From contig NC_089430.1 of assembly GCF_026210795.1 (NCBI RefSeq), positions 4,154,001-4,218,000 of the forward strand: a stretch of DNA of 64,000 nt. The letters are read 5' to 3'. Positions within the stretch are counted from its first letter, which is position 1. Each line of letters begins with the position of its first letter. Of this stretch, positions 23,733 to 36,843 are shown in pieces. The translations under genes were made by a program, and so were the position numbers. Origin of the DNA: Rhizophagus irregularis (taxonomy: Eukaryota). The notes below the pieces were generated by a model. The model was given only the letters and a program-made list of their open reading frames with translations. It was not told where the DNA came from and did not search any database.

Positions 23733-24819
23733 TATTTTGTGATTATTAGCAATATATAGTCAAATTATTGAACGCGATTTATTAAAATAGCATTCGTAAT
23801 GATTTTTCTTAACGTTTAACGCATGATTCCATCAACATCTTTCTTGTACAAATCACAATAAAATCCAACCGTTTCTTAACAGTTGTTTCATTTTTAATTA
23901 CGATTTTTTTCTTTGTAAAACACAAAATGGAGATATGAAAGAATCAAAAAAGTTTAGGACGGAATATATAGTAAAGTATTACAGCATGATATAATATAAG
24001 ACGAATAGTTGTGGGTTCCGGTAGAGGTGTTGAGTGGAGTACAGTGCTAAAAAAAGTGTTGAATACGGTACACTAATAATACAATGTACACAATAGCAAT
24101 ACGTATGTAAACCTTTTAATTATTTAGCTTGTTAAATTAAAATAAAAAAAATTTTTAATTAAAAAAGAGTTGTATGCAATTACAATCCAATTATAATTTT
24201 AATTTTTTTTATTATGTTATATTTCCTATACAAAATATTCTATTCATACATCTTCGCAAATTAGTATTCGCCATAGATGTTCAAAAACGCGAAGATTATT
24301 ATTTTTTTTTTGTTAGTAACACGCATAACTTTATTAGGATTTAAATTTAAATTATACAAATGTACAATTCAAATACTCCTTACATAAGAACTTCCGAATT
24401 CTTTAGAATGACTTTCCCCCGAGATTTATTTACCTTTTTGATGTAATATCAAACTTATTGAATGTCAACAAATTTGAACTCGGCGAAAAATCAGATTTTT
24501 AATGCCAAAAATAAAAATAAAAATAAAAATAAAATTATTAATCAGATCAAATTTATATACATTTTATATAGAATAAGCTAAAAATAAAAATATATATAAT
24601 CGAATATATCCCAAAAACTCACTACATTATATTAGATAAATAACAACCTAATTCTAATTTACTAACTGAATAATTTGACATTTGATTTGTTAATTTTATT
24701 TATTCTACAAAGTTAAATAGATACAAAATATTGCAATTTTATTATAATTCAAATCTCTATCAGTATTGAAATTTTAACTCCGAATAAAAAAAGATATAAA
24801 TGACTTTTTTAATTATTTT

Positions 24820-25005
24820 AATAAAAAACGTTGCGAAAACGTTTTTCATTAAGTAATTTAATAAAAAAACGTTTCACACCGTTTTTTATAATTGTTTTAA
24901 CAAAAAAAGTTGCGAAAACGTTTTTTATTAATAATTTCGTTAAAAAAAAAAAAAAAAGTTTTTGCACGTTTTTTTAATAAAAACTGAACGTTGCAAAAAC
25001 GTTGG
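24820..25005. repeat. Array of about five short quasi-palindromes (AAAAACGTTGCGAAAACGTTTTT-like), spacing about 40 bp
   Basis: Units near 24824, 24865, 24903, 24950 and 24987 alternate between GTTGC(G/A)AAAAC and GTTT(CACACC/TTGCAC) cores. Confidence 0.6.
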
Positions 25006-25709
25006 TAATTAATAATACCGAACCGAATCTAATTATACTGTATAGGCGGATTTAATTAATTAACTCCATTTAGTTCGTTAGTGGGACAATGATTGCCTGA
25101 TTTGTGAGACAAGAAATACCTTCGGGAATCCAGTATTCCAGTGTTATACAAAAATCATAATCTTGTGTACACTAAAATAATTACTATTGTGTTATTAGAT
25201 TAGATTTTATAATAGATTTTAATAATGGTTTCCTTAATGACTTTATTGTCTTGTAAATAAATTTCAACTGTGTGGCTTAAAATGTTTTGATCAACATTGC
25301 ATGATGGCGTCAATATCGGAATTTACGATAGTTAAAAAGGAAATAAATCAACAAAAGATCCGCCACCAATATAACAAACAATATAAAATCATTTGCAAAA
25401 GTTTTTACCAAAAAAAGAAAATTTTTTTTTAAGGTTAGATCAAATAAGTAATAGATCCGAAATTGTTTCTTCTATTTTTAAATCGGTTTGTACTCTGGAA
25501 CATAATACAATTAATGCATGTAAGATTAAGGGGTAATCGCTTTATTTGGAATTTATTATAATCGAAAATACAAATACAACTTGAATTGATTTTATTACTT
25601 ATATATCAAGCACCTAGAACCAAAAAAATCATTCTACAGGAAATAATAAAAATATCAAAAAGAAATAATAGTAAATTTTTCGTTCGTCAGTAAATTTAAA
25701 GTCTACAAT

Positions 25710-26909
25710 ATGGATGGTTCTGATCACTTTACTGATTCTAGATTATTTAAGGTTCTTGGTGGTTATATTGGCTTGGCCGGTATAGCGATAGCCATGATTT
25801 TCGTGGCCTTTATAATTCTCATATTTATTGTTCGAATCATTCAATATCCTCATCTTCGCCAACAAGTTATTGATCATATGACTGGTAAAAGTACTCGAAG
25901 CATTCACACAAGAATACTTAAAACGATCGTTTTCTTCCTCTTTACTGCCGGCTTATTTGGACTCACCTTCTACAGTATCTATAAAATGATATATGATCCC
26001 CCCAACGTACTACCAGCAATATTTGAATCAAACACAATTTCACCATCCATACTTTTTTGCCCAAGCATAGATAGTGAACTTATATTTATTGCAGCAGATT
26101 ATCATGATAGTTTTAATGGATTTAATGATATTGAACTTTTTATGCAACGTAAGAAATCCTATAATTTAAACGATGGATTTAGTATTATTACAGGAAATAA
26201 TGGACGATGTCATTTTTTTGATGGTAGATTGACTTCAAAGCCAAATGATTCTATTGGAGGATATTATCACATACAATTTCAGAGCATTAATTCTACCAGT
26301 ATTGTTATTTTCATTGGTGACACCCACGATAAGATGGACTGGACGCTCCTCATTCCTGAAGGAAACGTATTTAATGATGTAGGAGTTGAAATATTAAATG
26401 ATGGTGGGATTCTCCAATATACAGAGGGCCGTCGACAAGTTTTAGATGGAAGTTACACGTATCGAAGCTTCCTAACTTCCATTATAAAAAATGCTTTTGA
26501 AGTTATCAAAGTTGATGAGCAGATAATATCGATTGGAATAATAGCACCGAAAAGGGTCATAAAAGAGGTTGAAACACCATCCTTCAAACTAGCAGACCTT
26601 TTCAGTAACATAGGTGGATACCTTTCAATTTGGGTAATTTTTGCCTTTCTCTTTGGTGGTAGAAGAGCAAATCCATTCGGATTTGTAACACGATTTGTAT
26701 TCATAAAGCAAGATAGGGAAAAACTTTTAAAGGAATTGGAAAAAATGAAAAATGATAGAAAATCGAAGATAAGTACTTTGGAAAGAGAGGTTGATAATGC
26801 TACTGAAACGAATAAACCCAGCAATCAAGATGAATTAAGGAACCTGCTTGCAAGATACTATGTTGACATGGATTTCTACGAACATGCTATAAAGTCATTT
26901 GACGTGTAA
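25710..26909 (+). CDS. Single-exon 399-aa membrane protein with DEG/ENaC-like architecture (two N-terminal TM segments, large ectodomain, C-terminal TM, coiled-coil tail)
   Basis: Long open ORF with hydrophobic segments at about aa 15-45, 70-94 and 294-316. Post-TM DPPNVL...SPSILFCP and pre-TM IKEVETPSFKLADLFSNIGGYLSIW motifs. The CDS is well supported; the channel assignment is inference. Confidence 0.85.
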   Translation: MDGSDHFTDSRLFKVLGGYIGLAGIAIAMIFVAFIILIFIVRIIQYPHLRQQVIDHMTGKSTRSIHTRILKTIVFFLFTAGLFGLTFYSIYKMIYDPPNVLPAIFESNTISPSILFCPSIDSELIFIAADYHDSFNGFNDIELFMQRKKSYNLNDGFSIITGNNGRCHFFDGRLTSKPNDSIGGYYHIQFQSINSTSIVIFIGDTHDKMDWTLLIPEGNVFNDVGVEILNDGGILQYTEGRRQVLDGSYTYRSFLTSIIKNAFEVIKVDEQIISIGIIAPKRVIKEVETPSFKLADLFSNIGGYLSIWVIFAFLFGGRRANPFGFVTRFVFIKQDREKLLKELEKMKNDRKSKISTLEREVDNATETNKPSNQDELRNLLARYYVDMDFYEHAIKSFDV

Positions 26910-27799
26910 TTAAATATATTAAATATTAGGTTAATAGAAATATATAAAGAGTTAAAGACACAGAGAGTAGAGAGTGTATAATTTTTGTCGTTTTTTTGAC
27001 ACTCCTTCCTTGTAATATAAATTTATAAATAGTGTAAAATGTATATCATAAAGTAATTATATCGTTAAAAATATATAATATACGACTATTAATCATTTTT
27101 ATTTAAAAGACTTTAATTTTTAGATATTATCCTAAAACCCCTGTATAAATAAATTTCTAAATTATTGTTAATAATTGATAAAAAGTTTCTGTAAAGTTTT
27201 GTAAATGTGGAATTATTGACAAAATAATAGGAGAGTAAAATAAAATCCATCTTTTTTTATTGAGCGAAGTATTTTTACATACTACGCAATGTTCGTCTGC
27301 TGTTAACTACGAGACTTTATTATATGTGATCAGATACATTGCGTATATAATTAGGATTTGTTGTTTAAAACTTTATTAAACTTTGATTATAATATATTTA
27401 GTAAATTAATTGTTTTTGAAATGATTTCACACACAATTCAAAATTATATTTCAGTACTTGATTTTATAATGATATTAAATTACACTACTTACCTTATCTC
27501 TCCGTTACCTAAGTAAATAATGATAATTTTGCACAATTTATTTATTTAAAGTAATATTTTTTATATTATTATTATTTTCTTCTTTTTTATTACTCTACAA
27601 GTTTCATAGTTTATAATTTAAATAATTTATAGCTTACCCAATTATTATTTATTTTTAGTATTAGTAAAATGGTCATTTAAAAAAAATAAAATAAAATAAA
27701 ATCATTAATTATAATAATTATTATGGAAATGTATATTTATAAATTTCTAGAACAGATTTTTAATGTAGTTACAGCAATTAGTAATAAATTCAAGTTCAG

Positions 27800-28437
27800 A
27801 ACCAGAAAATGAATTGTTATTAAACTCTGTGTCCAAATGTTGTTGACATTTTTACTTAACATCTTTATCGATAGAAAAAACTGCACCGCATATTACTGCG
27901 CTCTTGTGACATATACCCTTTTTTTTATGAACCATTAATGACCTGATACAGTAAAAGCCAGCACCATTAATATCCTGATGGGTAAATTGAACCATTAATG
28001 CGTGAAATGGTAAAATTCTATCATGCAGAACAGTTGATTAAAATATTGAATATTGTTAATGGTAAACCTGCTAGAATTGAAGAATTTCTCAAATATACCC
28101 ATCTGGTCACTCCAGTTTCAAAGGATCTCACTTACAGTCATGGTGTTACTAACATCACTACTTATTGATATAGTATATGTAAACGTGCTTTGTATTAATA
28201 ATATAGTAAACTTAGTATGTTTTATTATGTAGAAAAAATACTTGAAATATTATTGATAGCGATACTGGTTTCATTTGTGTCGGGAGTGGAGTTTTTTTTT
28301 GGAAAATGATGAGATAGCAACTTATGTTGGGTCTATTATTAATAATAACTGGTTACTTTGTTAGAGTTGTTGAAGGAAATAGTTGCTAAAATTACAAAGA
28401 CAATAACGTTAGTAGTATATTCTTTATCAGTACCCAT
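27800..28437 (-). pseudogene. Heavily decayed gene, possibly for a secreted or membrane protein
   Basis: ATG at 28437 gives MGTDKEYTTNVIVFVILATISF. There is a plausible GT-AG intron at about 28189-28241 and downstream broken frames (TFTYTISISSDVSNTMTVSEIL*, WFNLPIRILMVLAFTVSG). Many stops. Confidence 0.3.
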
Positions 28438-29489
28438 TATAATAATATTGTTATGATAAAAAAGCACTTATTAAAAGTTTAGTTATGTTTATAACTACTT
28501 TAATTTGTTGTCTAGTTGAAATATTCTGGCATGGAGATGGAAATACTATGAAAAATATTGAATAATAAGTGAAGACCAAATTTTTTAAAGAATTTGTTAT
28601 TAAAAAATGAAATAATTTAAATACTAGATACTTACCTCATATCGTGAAAAAAGTCGTTAGTAAGCTGCATAACTTTAATATTAATTGGACAATAAAAATT
28701 TTATTGAATGGTTAATGTATTTTCGCTAATTTAAACGTCAACATAAAATGGAGCGAGCAGTTATTTTATCACGTGATCAATAGTTGCTAAATTATATGAA
28801 GTATTCCAATAAGATCAAGACTAAAAAAATAGATTGTAAATAAGGATGCATGCATGACTTTGAATTAATACACTTTAAAACTTGTTCTCATGTAAGTTTT
28901 ATTTTATTTTTATTTTTATTTTTTTTATTTTTTTGCCCAATATTGATATTGAACATCTCCATTTCGTAATCAAATAACCATAATTTAATTAACAAAAGGT
29001 GCAATAACAAAAACAAGTAATTTTTTTTATTTACGCTAAATTTCTTAATTTAAGCTAATATGATGGCTTGTATCATTAATTGCTCTAAAGTTCTACTTTA
29101 AATATTCATTTTATGATTTCTAATTTGTTATCAAATGATGAACCAGAATGTTTTCGTTATGACCTGCTGTACTATATCGAACGATTTTGTGGCGGCCTCC
29201 AGAACGTCTTTGAGGATTAGAAAATAATTAATATTTGATCAAATATTAAGTATTCCAAGTCGTATATTTATCATTTCCCAGATATCCCAAAATTTTGGAT
29301 TATTTTTACCTATTCGGTCTAATAATAATAAAAATACTATTTGCTAAAATCCTTCTTGAGTTTTTACGTTATACATTAATTAAGATCACACCTACAAAAG
29401 AGTCATATATGAAAGATTGCCAAACTTTAAAAGAAAATTGAAGTTAAAAAGATGAATAATCATTTATATTGAAACGAACGATTAAACAT

Positions 29490-29521
29490 ACTAGGAAAAC
29501 GGAAGACGTTAAGTCCGTCGC
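29490..29521 (-). mobile_element. Isolated 3' end of a HINE-like element
   Basis: Minus strand GGACTTAACGTCTTCCGTTTTCCTAGT matches the 3' end at 22101-22128. Confidence 0.5.
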
Positions 29522-30541
29522 TAATATGTAAAAATCGTTATACACAGTAATATTAAAAATTTTCTTTTCTTTTTTTTTTTAGAAAAATATCTTCGATGAA
29601 GAGTTATACTGTAGCAAAGGTAGAATCATGTGTTTAGCGGGATGAGATCATTATCTAAAAAAGGAAAGTTACATGGGCGGAAGGAAGAAAATAATTCAGG
29701 GATACACAAATTTATGTACGACCGTACAAAAGAGATAGTTCTACGCCTCACTCTGACTAGAATAATCAGGCTACTTACATTATATTCCTCGCAAAATTAC
29801 AAAGCAATAATGGAAATTATTAAAACAAGTTCCATTAAAGTTCAATTAATAAATTATAACATACTAAAGAAATCACTAAAGAAAGGGAAATATTTTAATG
29901 AGACGGTTTACTTCGACTTCGAAATACCTTCCTTCTTTATTCTAGAAACGAAGCCAGTGTTCCTCGTCTTGAAATATTCTTTAAAAAAAGTTGTATAAAA
30001 CATTGTTTTTAATTATTCATCATCCACTTTATTTGTCAATTTGAAAAAATTTTTTTGTGAATAATATTAACGTAATAATTGCCTTAGTTGGTCGTTAAAA
30101 AAAATTGATGTAGGAAATTACTTATTTGCCAAGCATATGCTAAAACTGCAACCTGATTATTTTGGTTAGTATGACATCTGATCATCTCTAGGCTTAATAA
30201 TTAAATAATTAATAAGTATACTAACAAGGTTTAGCGCTAATACAATTATTTAAATAATAAAAAAAAAAATTTTGACACATTATCATAAGAAACTTCATGT
30301 ACAATCTGTAGGAATGTATAATTTGTAGGGTACAAATTTTAACCGGGATTAGACGAAGGCGGGTCTATCGAATGATTTTTATTTCGTCATTGAAAATCAC
30401 TTGCATCAATAATGGAATTTGGGCTATATCTAAAACTTAAATAATGATTGACACATAAACGCCCAAATCATGAACAAATTAAAAAGCTTCGACATTTCAT
30501 GTTAATTTAAAAAAAAAATTTTTTTTTTTTTTTGTAAAAAA

Positions 30542-32180
30542 ATGACTTCGATTTTTCATTCCAACCTTTCAAAAGATCTTTCTTTAATATTAAATAATTC
30601 CGATGACTATAATGTTATCATTCAAGTTGGCAAAAATCAAAATGTGAAAGAATTTCAAGCACATTCAGTTATTTTACGTGCTCGTTCACCTTATTTTAAA
30701 AGCGCTTTCTCGAATAAATGGGCCACAAAGAAGAATAATATGATCATGTTTACTAAACCTAATATTACTCCAAGAATATTTGAAACGATATTAAAGTAAG
30801 TTACATACATTTAATTTTAGAAAAATTTTTTTACGGTGTACCTATTATATACAAGAGTCATAGGCTCCATGAAAGAAACGAATTAATTTATTAATGCTTC
30901 CCAAAGTGCTCATAATGCTGGTCAAATAATGTGTAGTGCAACACCGTTTAAAAATTATATCTTGATTATAAATATAATTCTAATTTTCGTAAAATTTTTT
31001 TTTTTTTTAAAGGTACATTTACACAGGTGAACTCGACTTGACAAAACAGCTATGCGAAGATATTCTTGAGCTTTTAATTGCATCTGATGAACTGCTTCTT
31101 GAAGAATTAGTTGAATATTTACAAGAATACTTAATTCAGCAACAAAAAAATTGGGTTCAACAAAATTCAGTTTTTATTCTTAATAAGTTTGCAAGTTACA
31201 AGAAGCTGCAAGATTATTGTCTTGAATCCGCCTGCGAAGACTCACAACCATTTATTACTTCAAAAAATTCTCTTTTACTGGATAAAGATATTCTTTATAG
31301 CATACTTGAGCGTAATGATTTGCAGATTAAGGAAATTGATGCTTGGAATTATTTAATTAAATGGGGTATTGAACAAACACCTGGTTTTGAAAGTGAGAAT
31401 AATGATGTATCCAAATGGACTAATGAAAATTATAAAAATTTAGAGAAAACTTTGAGACAATTTATTCCTTTAATTCGATTTACGGAAATTTCTCCTATTG
31501 ATTTTTTTGATAAAGTCCGACCTTATAAAGATATTATTCCTAATCACATTTATGATGAGGTTGAAGACTTTTATTATAAAGGTATAATACCAGAAACAAT
31601 AAATTTACCCCATAGAGTGGGAAAAATTGAATCAAAAATTATCAAATCAAAACATGCAAATATTATTATCAATTGGATTAATAAAAAAGGTTTACGTACG
31701 ATAAATGATCCGCATTATGAGTTCAAACTTATTTATCGTGGTAGTGATGATGGGATTAATAATAATTCATTTAAAAATAAGTGTAAAGGTCAAATAGCAA
31801 GTTTAGTTGTAATTAAAGTTCAAGGTTCAGAAAAAATCTTTGGTGGATATAGTTCTATTGGATTTAATTCAATTGGAAATCTTTTATTAATTAAAAATAA
31901 TAATGGTTGGCCATCGTATTATTCATTAAATAATTTTATCTTTTCATTTGAAAATATTAAAGATACTCATAATATGAAAATAAGTAGAGTAATAAATAGT
32001 TCTAAAGCTATATTAGATTATTATGACAATGGATTTAATTTTGGTCAGGGTTCATTATGTATGAAGTATCAAAATTTATATGTTAATAATAGGAATGGTA
32101 TCTATGAAAATAATTTAAATACGGATATAGTTTATACTATTGAGGAAATTGAAACTTTTAACGTAATCCGGTGTAAATAA
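30542..32180 (+). CDS. BTB/POZ-BACK-TLDc domain protein (copy B), exons 30542-30795, 31013-32180
   Basis: Same motifs and phase-2 intron (ILK|YIYTG) as copy A. The intron is enlarged to 217 nt. Confidence 0.9.
30833..30947. mobile_element. Small inverted-repeat-bounded insertion in the intron of BTB-TLDc copy B
   Basis: ACGGTGT...ACACCGT ends. The 115-bp length accounts for the excess over the 75-97 nt introns of the paralogs. Confidence 0.4.
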
Positions 32181-32478
32181 ATTGACGATCATTAAGCGAT
32201 TATTTCTAACGAAAATCATGAATGTATTATAATAAGAGAAAGAGTTTATCAAAAAAATTCAATTCCATGTATGCCAATATCCGAATCATTGTTTAATTTT
32301 TGGTCGTACAGAACATTCTTTTTTCCTTCATATTAAATATTAACTGGATGATCCCAAATATGTAATATGTGTACTACAGCAAATTAGTGCTATATTTGTT
32401 TTATTTACTTTATTACCTAAGGATAGATATTTTATTTAGATTTTTTGTATATAGTAGATGAATTAAATGGAAAGAGAT

Positions 32479-33690
32479 GGGAATCATTTACGAAGAATCC
32501 CGTTATAATACAAAGTTACACAAACCCGACGTTCACAATGCTGACAAATCATAATTCCACAATTCAAAATCCCGACACTTTATCCCGATACTTAATATCT
32601 TCTTCATGAATACAAAAAAAATTGTAAAAATAATTTATTAGACTTTAATCAAAATAAAAATTATATATTTATACTGTATCCAAAAAAAATTACATTTTTC
32701 TAATATACTTAGAATAAAATCTTTTAAATATTCACAAACACTAACGTTTTTATTTTAAAAAATTAATAATTTTATTATTAATAATTTTTATAATACTTCA
32801 CAAATTTCAATGAATTATTGTTAAGTATTTTAAAATCTTTGCATATTAATAAAAATATTTAATTATTACTTAATTTTTTCGACGTATTATTAATAAAAAA
32901 TCTTTATTTGTAAGAAATATGTAATAAACCCGATTCATAAGTTTCTGGTATAATACTTTTTGGTTTAGATATAGGTTTTTACAACAAATTCGTGAAATTA
33001 TGTCTAAAAATAATAATAATAATGTAAAAAAAAGAGAGAGATAATAAATTTCGGGATAATGAATCCCGTTATAATACAAAGTTACAAACACGACGCTCAC
33101 AATGCTGACAAATCATAATTCCACGATTCAAAATCCCGATACTTTATCCCGATACTTACTAATATCATTATGAATACAAAAAAAATTGTAAAAATAATTT
33201 ATTAGACTTTAATCAAAATAAAAATTATATATTTATACTGTATCCAAAAAAAATTACATTTTTCTAATATACTTACTAGAATAAAATCTTTTAAATATTC
33301 ACAAACACTAACGTTTTTATTTTAAAAAATTAATACTTTATTATTTAATAATTTTACAAATTTCAATGAATTATTGTTAAGTATTTTAAAATCTTTCATA
33401 TTAATAAAAATATTTATTATTTCTTAATTTTTGCGACGTATTAATAAAAAATCTTTATTTTTAGGAAATATGTAAACCCGATTCATAAGTTTCTGGTATA
33501 ATACTTTTTGGTTTAGATATAGGTTTTTTACAACAAATTCGTGAAATTATGTCTAAAAAAAATAATAATAATGTAAAAAAAGGGATAATAAATTCGGGAT
33601 AACGAGTGTCGGAATTTTGAATCTTTGAGGTGAACGTCGGGTTTGAATTATAACGGGATTCTGATCGTTGGAATTTCGTAGCGGTTATTG
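32479..33690. mobile_element. MULE-like element with an internal 566-bp tandem duplication
   Basis: 32495-33060 is repeated at 33061-33602. The left arm (GAATCCCGTTATAAT...AAACCCGACGTTCAC...AAAATCCCGACAC) is inverted at 33594-33662. Confidence 0.75.
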
Positions 33691-33741
33691 TGTTTTTTTA
33701 TTGGAAGTTTGTGATTACTTAAATAAATTAATCGAATAAGG

Positions 33742-33910
33742 TAACGAAGGACTATATATTTATTTCTAAGCAAGTTGGTATGCAATGTCCGGATGTCCGT
33801 CATATAAAATTAAAAATATCTATCAAGAATCATATTTTTTCTTCACACGTGACATTGTGCAACAAAAAACCTTTAAATGGCACTTCGGACTTAATACGGA
33901 TTTTTCTAGT
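33742..33910 (+). mobile_element. HINE-like element copy
   Basis: 5' CGAAGGACTATATA, internal TGTCCG and CACGTG, 3' TTCGGACTTAATACGGATTTTTCTAGT. Confidence 0.6.
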
Positions 33911-34792
33911 CATATAAAATTGATTTATTCGTTTTGTTGTTTTTTAGGATTGCGTCAAACACAATCGTAATATAATTACCTTCCATATTATTATTAATCT
34001 TTCATGACGTTTTAGATTGGCTTTGCAATTACGTCATTGTGTAAATAATATTTATGCGTAACATAAATTGCATCGCTCATTTTTATTAATCAACTCATTT
34101 AAAATTCTGGAACCAATTTTTTTTTTTGATTTATTGACCCTATTTGTTAATTTTGTTTGTTGCATATGCTGCTGCACCACATAAGTTTCCATTTATCAAC
34201 ATTCATTGTTTAATTGTCGATTACTAATCAAACAGGATATGATGATTATTTCTATTTATTGATCATTTATGGGTAAGCGGAAATAAAAAAGACTTCCAAC
34301 TTTGTTTTGTATGAAAATTTCTGATCAGGAGATTGATTAAAAAAATATAATTAATTAATTTATAAATTATATGCAAAGTCGTCATCGTAAAAAAAATGGA
34401 TTGGAAGTTAATTATTGACGAAGATAAAACCGATTCACATTTTCGGGTCGGAGTCAGATATATCCGACGGACAGACGGATATCTATTTATCCGTAACCAA
34501 TAAAAAGGATACAAAATTTTATTATTAATCAATTTATTTAAATTAATTAAATTAATCAATCGATTGTTTGAATCAAAATAGAAGTTAAGCTAATTTTGAT
34601 ATTCACTCACGCGGTAGATTTCATTGATAACCTCATTCTGCATACAATATAAACTACATTGTGATACCATGATCAATGGATGATCATGTATACTATGTGG
34701 TTACGTCATATTAATGATTTTTTTTGTATATAAATAAAAAAAAAATTGAAGAAATTTTTACACTTTGTCCTTTTTTTTTTAAAAGAAAAAGT

Positions 34793-36301
34793 ATGTTTTC
34801 AAATTTCCATTCCAGTCTTTCAAAAGACCTTTCATTTATTTTATATGATTCTGATGATTATAATGTTATTATTCAAGTTGGTGAAAATCAAAATATGAAA
34901 GAATTTCGTGCACATTCAGTTATTTTACGTGCTCGTTCTACTTATTTTAAAGGGGCACTATCAAATTATTGGATTACGAAAGAAAATGATATGATTAAGT
35001 TTTTTAAACCAAATGTTACACCAATTGTTTTTGATATGATTTTAAAGTAAGAATATATAAATAAAATTATGTATATTTTTTCATTATAAAATATTGAGAA
35101 AGTTAATAATTATCGTTATTTTTTTTTTTTTAGATATATTTACACTGGTGAGCTTAATTTAAATAAGCAATCGAGTGAAGATATTCTTAAATTGTTAGTT
35201 GCATCTGATGAATTACTTATTGATGAATTATTCGAATATGTTCAAAACTATTTAATTGAAAGACGAAATAGTTGGATACGACAAAATTTTGTTCACGTTC
35301 TTCATACTGTGTCTAAATTTATTCGTTGCAAAAAATTACAAAATTATTGTCTTGAAACTATTTGTGAAGAACCGGAACCATTTATAACATCAAAAAATTT
35401 TCTCTCATTAGAAAAAGATATTCTTTATAGCCTACTTGAGCGAGATGATCTACAAATTAAAGAAATCGATGTTTGGGATTATTTAGTTAAATGGGGTATT
35501 GAACAAACTCCTGGTTTGGGAAGTGGGAATAGTGATAGAACAAAATGGAATAATGAGAATTATGAATCATTAAAGAAAACATTATGTCAATTTATTCCAC
35601 TTATTAGATTTATAGAACTTTCTAATACAGATTTTATAGATAAAGTTCAACCTTATAAGGATATTATTCCAAATCATATTTATGAGGAAGTTAAAAACTT
35701 TTATTATAAAAATACCTTACCAAAAACAATAACTTTACCATCTAGAATAGGAAAATTTGAATCAAAAATTATCAAACCAAAACTTGCAAATATTATAGTT
35801 AATTGGATTAATAATAAAAAATCTCGTACTATAAATGATTCATATTATAAATTTAAACTTGTTTACCGTGGTAGTAGGGATGGTATGAATAGTAATTCAT
35901 TTAGAAATAGATGTAGTGGTAGAGTAGCGAGTTTGGTTTTAATTAGGGTTCAACCATCGGGTAAGATTTTTGGGGGGTATAGTTCAATTGGGCTTAGTTC
36001 AATTGGAGATAATTATTCTATTGGTGAATATGGGTTTAAATTTTATGAAGCGTCAGATAATTTTATTTTTTCGTTCGAAAATAGTAAAGATACTCAAAAT
36101 ATGAAAATAAGTCGAGTAGTAAATCATTCTAAAGCTATATTAGATTATACGGCGGGATTTAATTTTGGACGAAGTTCATTGTGTATGTCAGATCAAAATT
36201 TGTATTTAAGTAATTATTATGGGAATTATGAAAATAATTTAAATACAAACACAATTTATAATATTGAAGAAATTGAAACATTTATCGTATCTAAGCAATA
36301 A
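34793..36301 (+). CDS. BTB/POZ-BACK-TLDc domain protein (copy C), exons 34793-35046, 35134-36301
   Basis: Start MFSNFHSSLSKDL by paralog comparison. Conserved intron position and intact BTB, BACK-like and TLDc motifs. Confidence 0.9.
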
Positions 36302-36373
36302 TTTCATTTATTATTTTTCCTAAAAAGAAACATTTCAAACATTTAAAAAATAGATTAAATAGATTAAAAATAA

Positions 36374-36843
36374 GTATGTCATAAGCTTTTACTAAGATTA
36401 AATTACAGATTAAAACGGAAATTAAATTTAAAATTTATATATTTTATAAATTAATTAAGTTATAATAACACGTTATTATTCGTGTTATTCGTGCCAGCTT
36501 ATTAGTATGTCATAAGATTAAATTACAGACTAAAACGGAAATTAAATTTTGTATATTCGAATAATTTATATATTTTATAAGTTAATTAAGTTATAGTGAC
36601 ATGTTATTATTCGTCAGCTTATGTCATAAGTTTTTACTAAGATTAAATTACAGATTAAAACGGAAATTAAATTAATAATTTATATATTTTATAAGTTAAT
36701 TAAGTTAAAGTGACATGTTATTATTCGTGTTATTCGTATCAGCTTATTAGTATGTCATAAGTTTTTACTAAGATTAAATTACAGATTAAAACAGAAATTT
36801 AAATTTTGTATATTCGAATAATATTATTCGTGTTTTTCGTATC
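36374..36843 (+). repeat. Tandem repeat, unit about 120-130 bp, about 4 copies
   Basis: TATGTCATAAG...AAGATTAAATTACAGA(T/C)TAAAAC(G/A)GAAATT...GTTATTATTCGT recurs near 36374, 36504, 36620 and 36749. Confidence 0.85.

Noticed and set aside
26453..26824. 123-aa minus-strand ORF
   Set aside because: Antisense to the 399-aa membrane protein.
29630..29998. 122-aa ORF
   Set aside because: Non-ATG start and no recognisable motif. It may be decayed TE sequence but cannot be supported.
34724..34792. N-terminal extensions in the ORF track for BTB genes (also 39036-39134, 53843-53893) and separate downstream 'genes' (5193, 31038, 35192, 39426, 53444)
   Set aside because: Artefacts of non-ATG starts and unspliced translation. 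Paralog comparison gives one two-exon gene each.
36374..36843. Possible CRISPR-like array (also considered for 24820-25005 and 62255-62460)
   Set aside because: Whole units are repeated with no unique spacers, the context is eukaryotic, and there are no cas genes.
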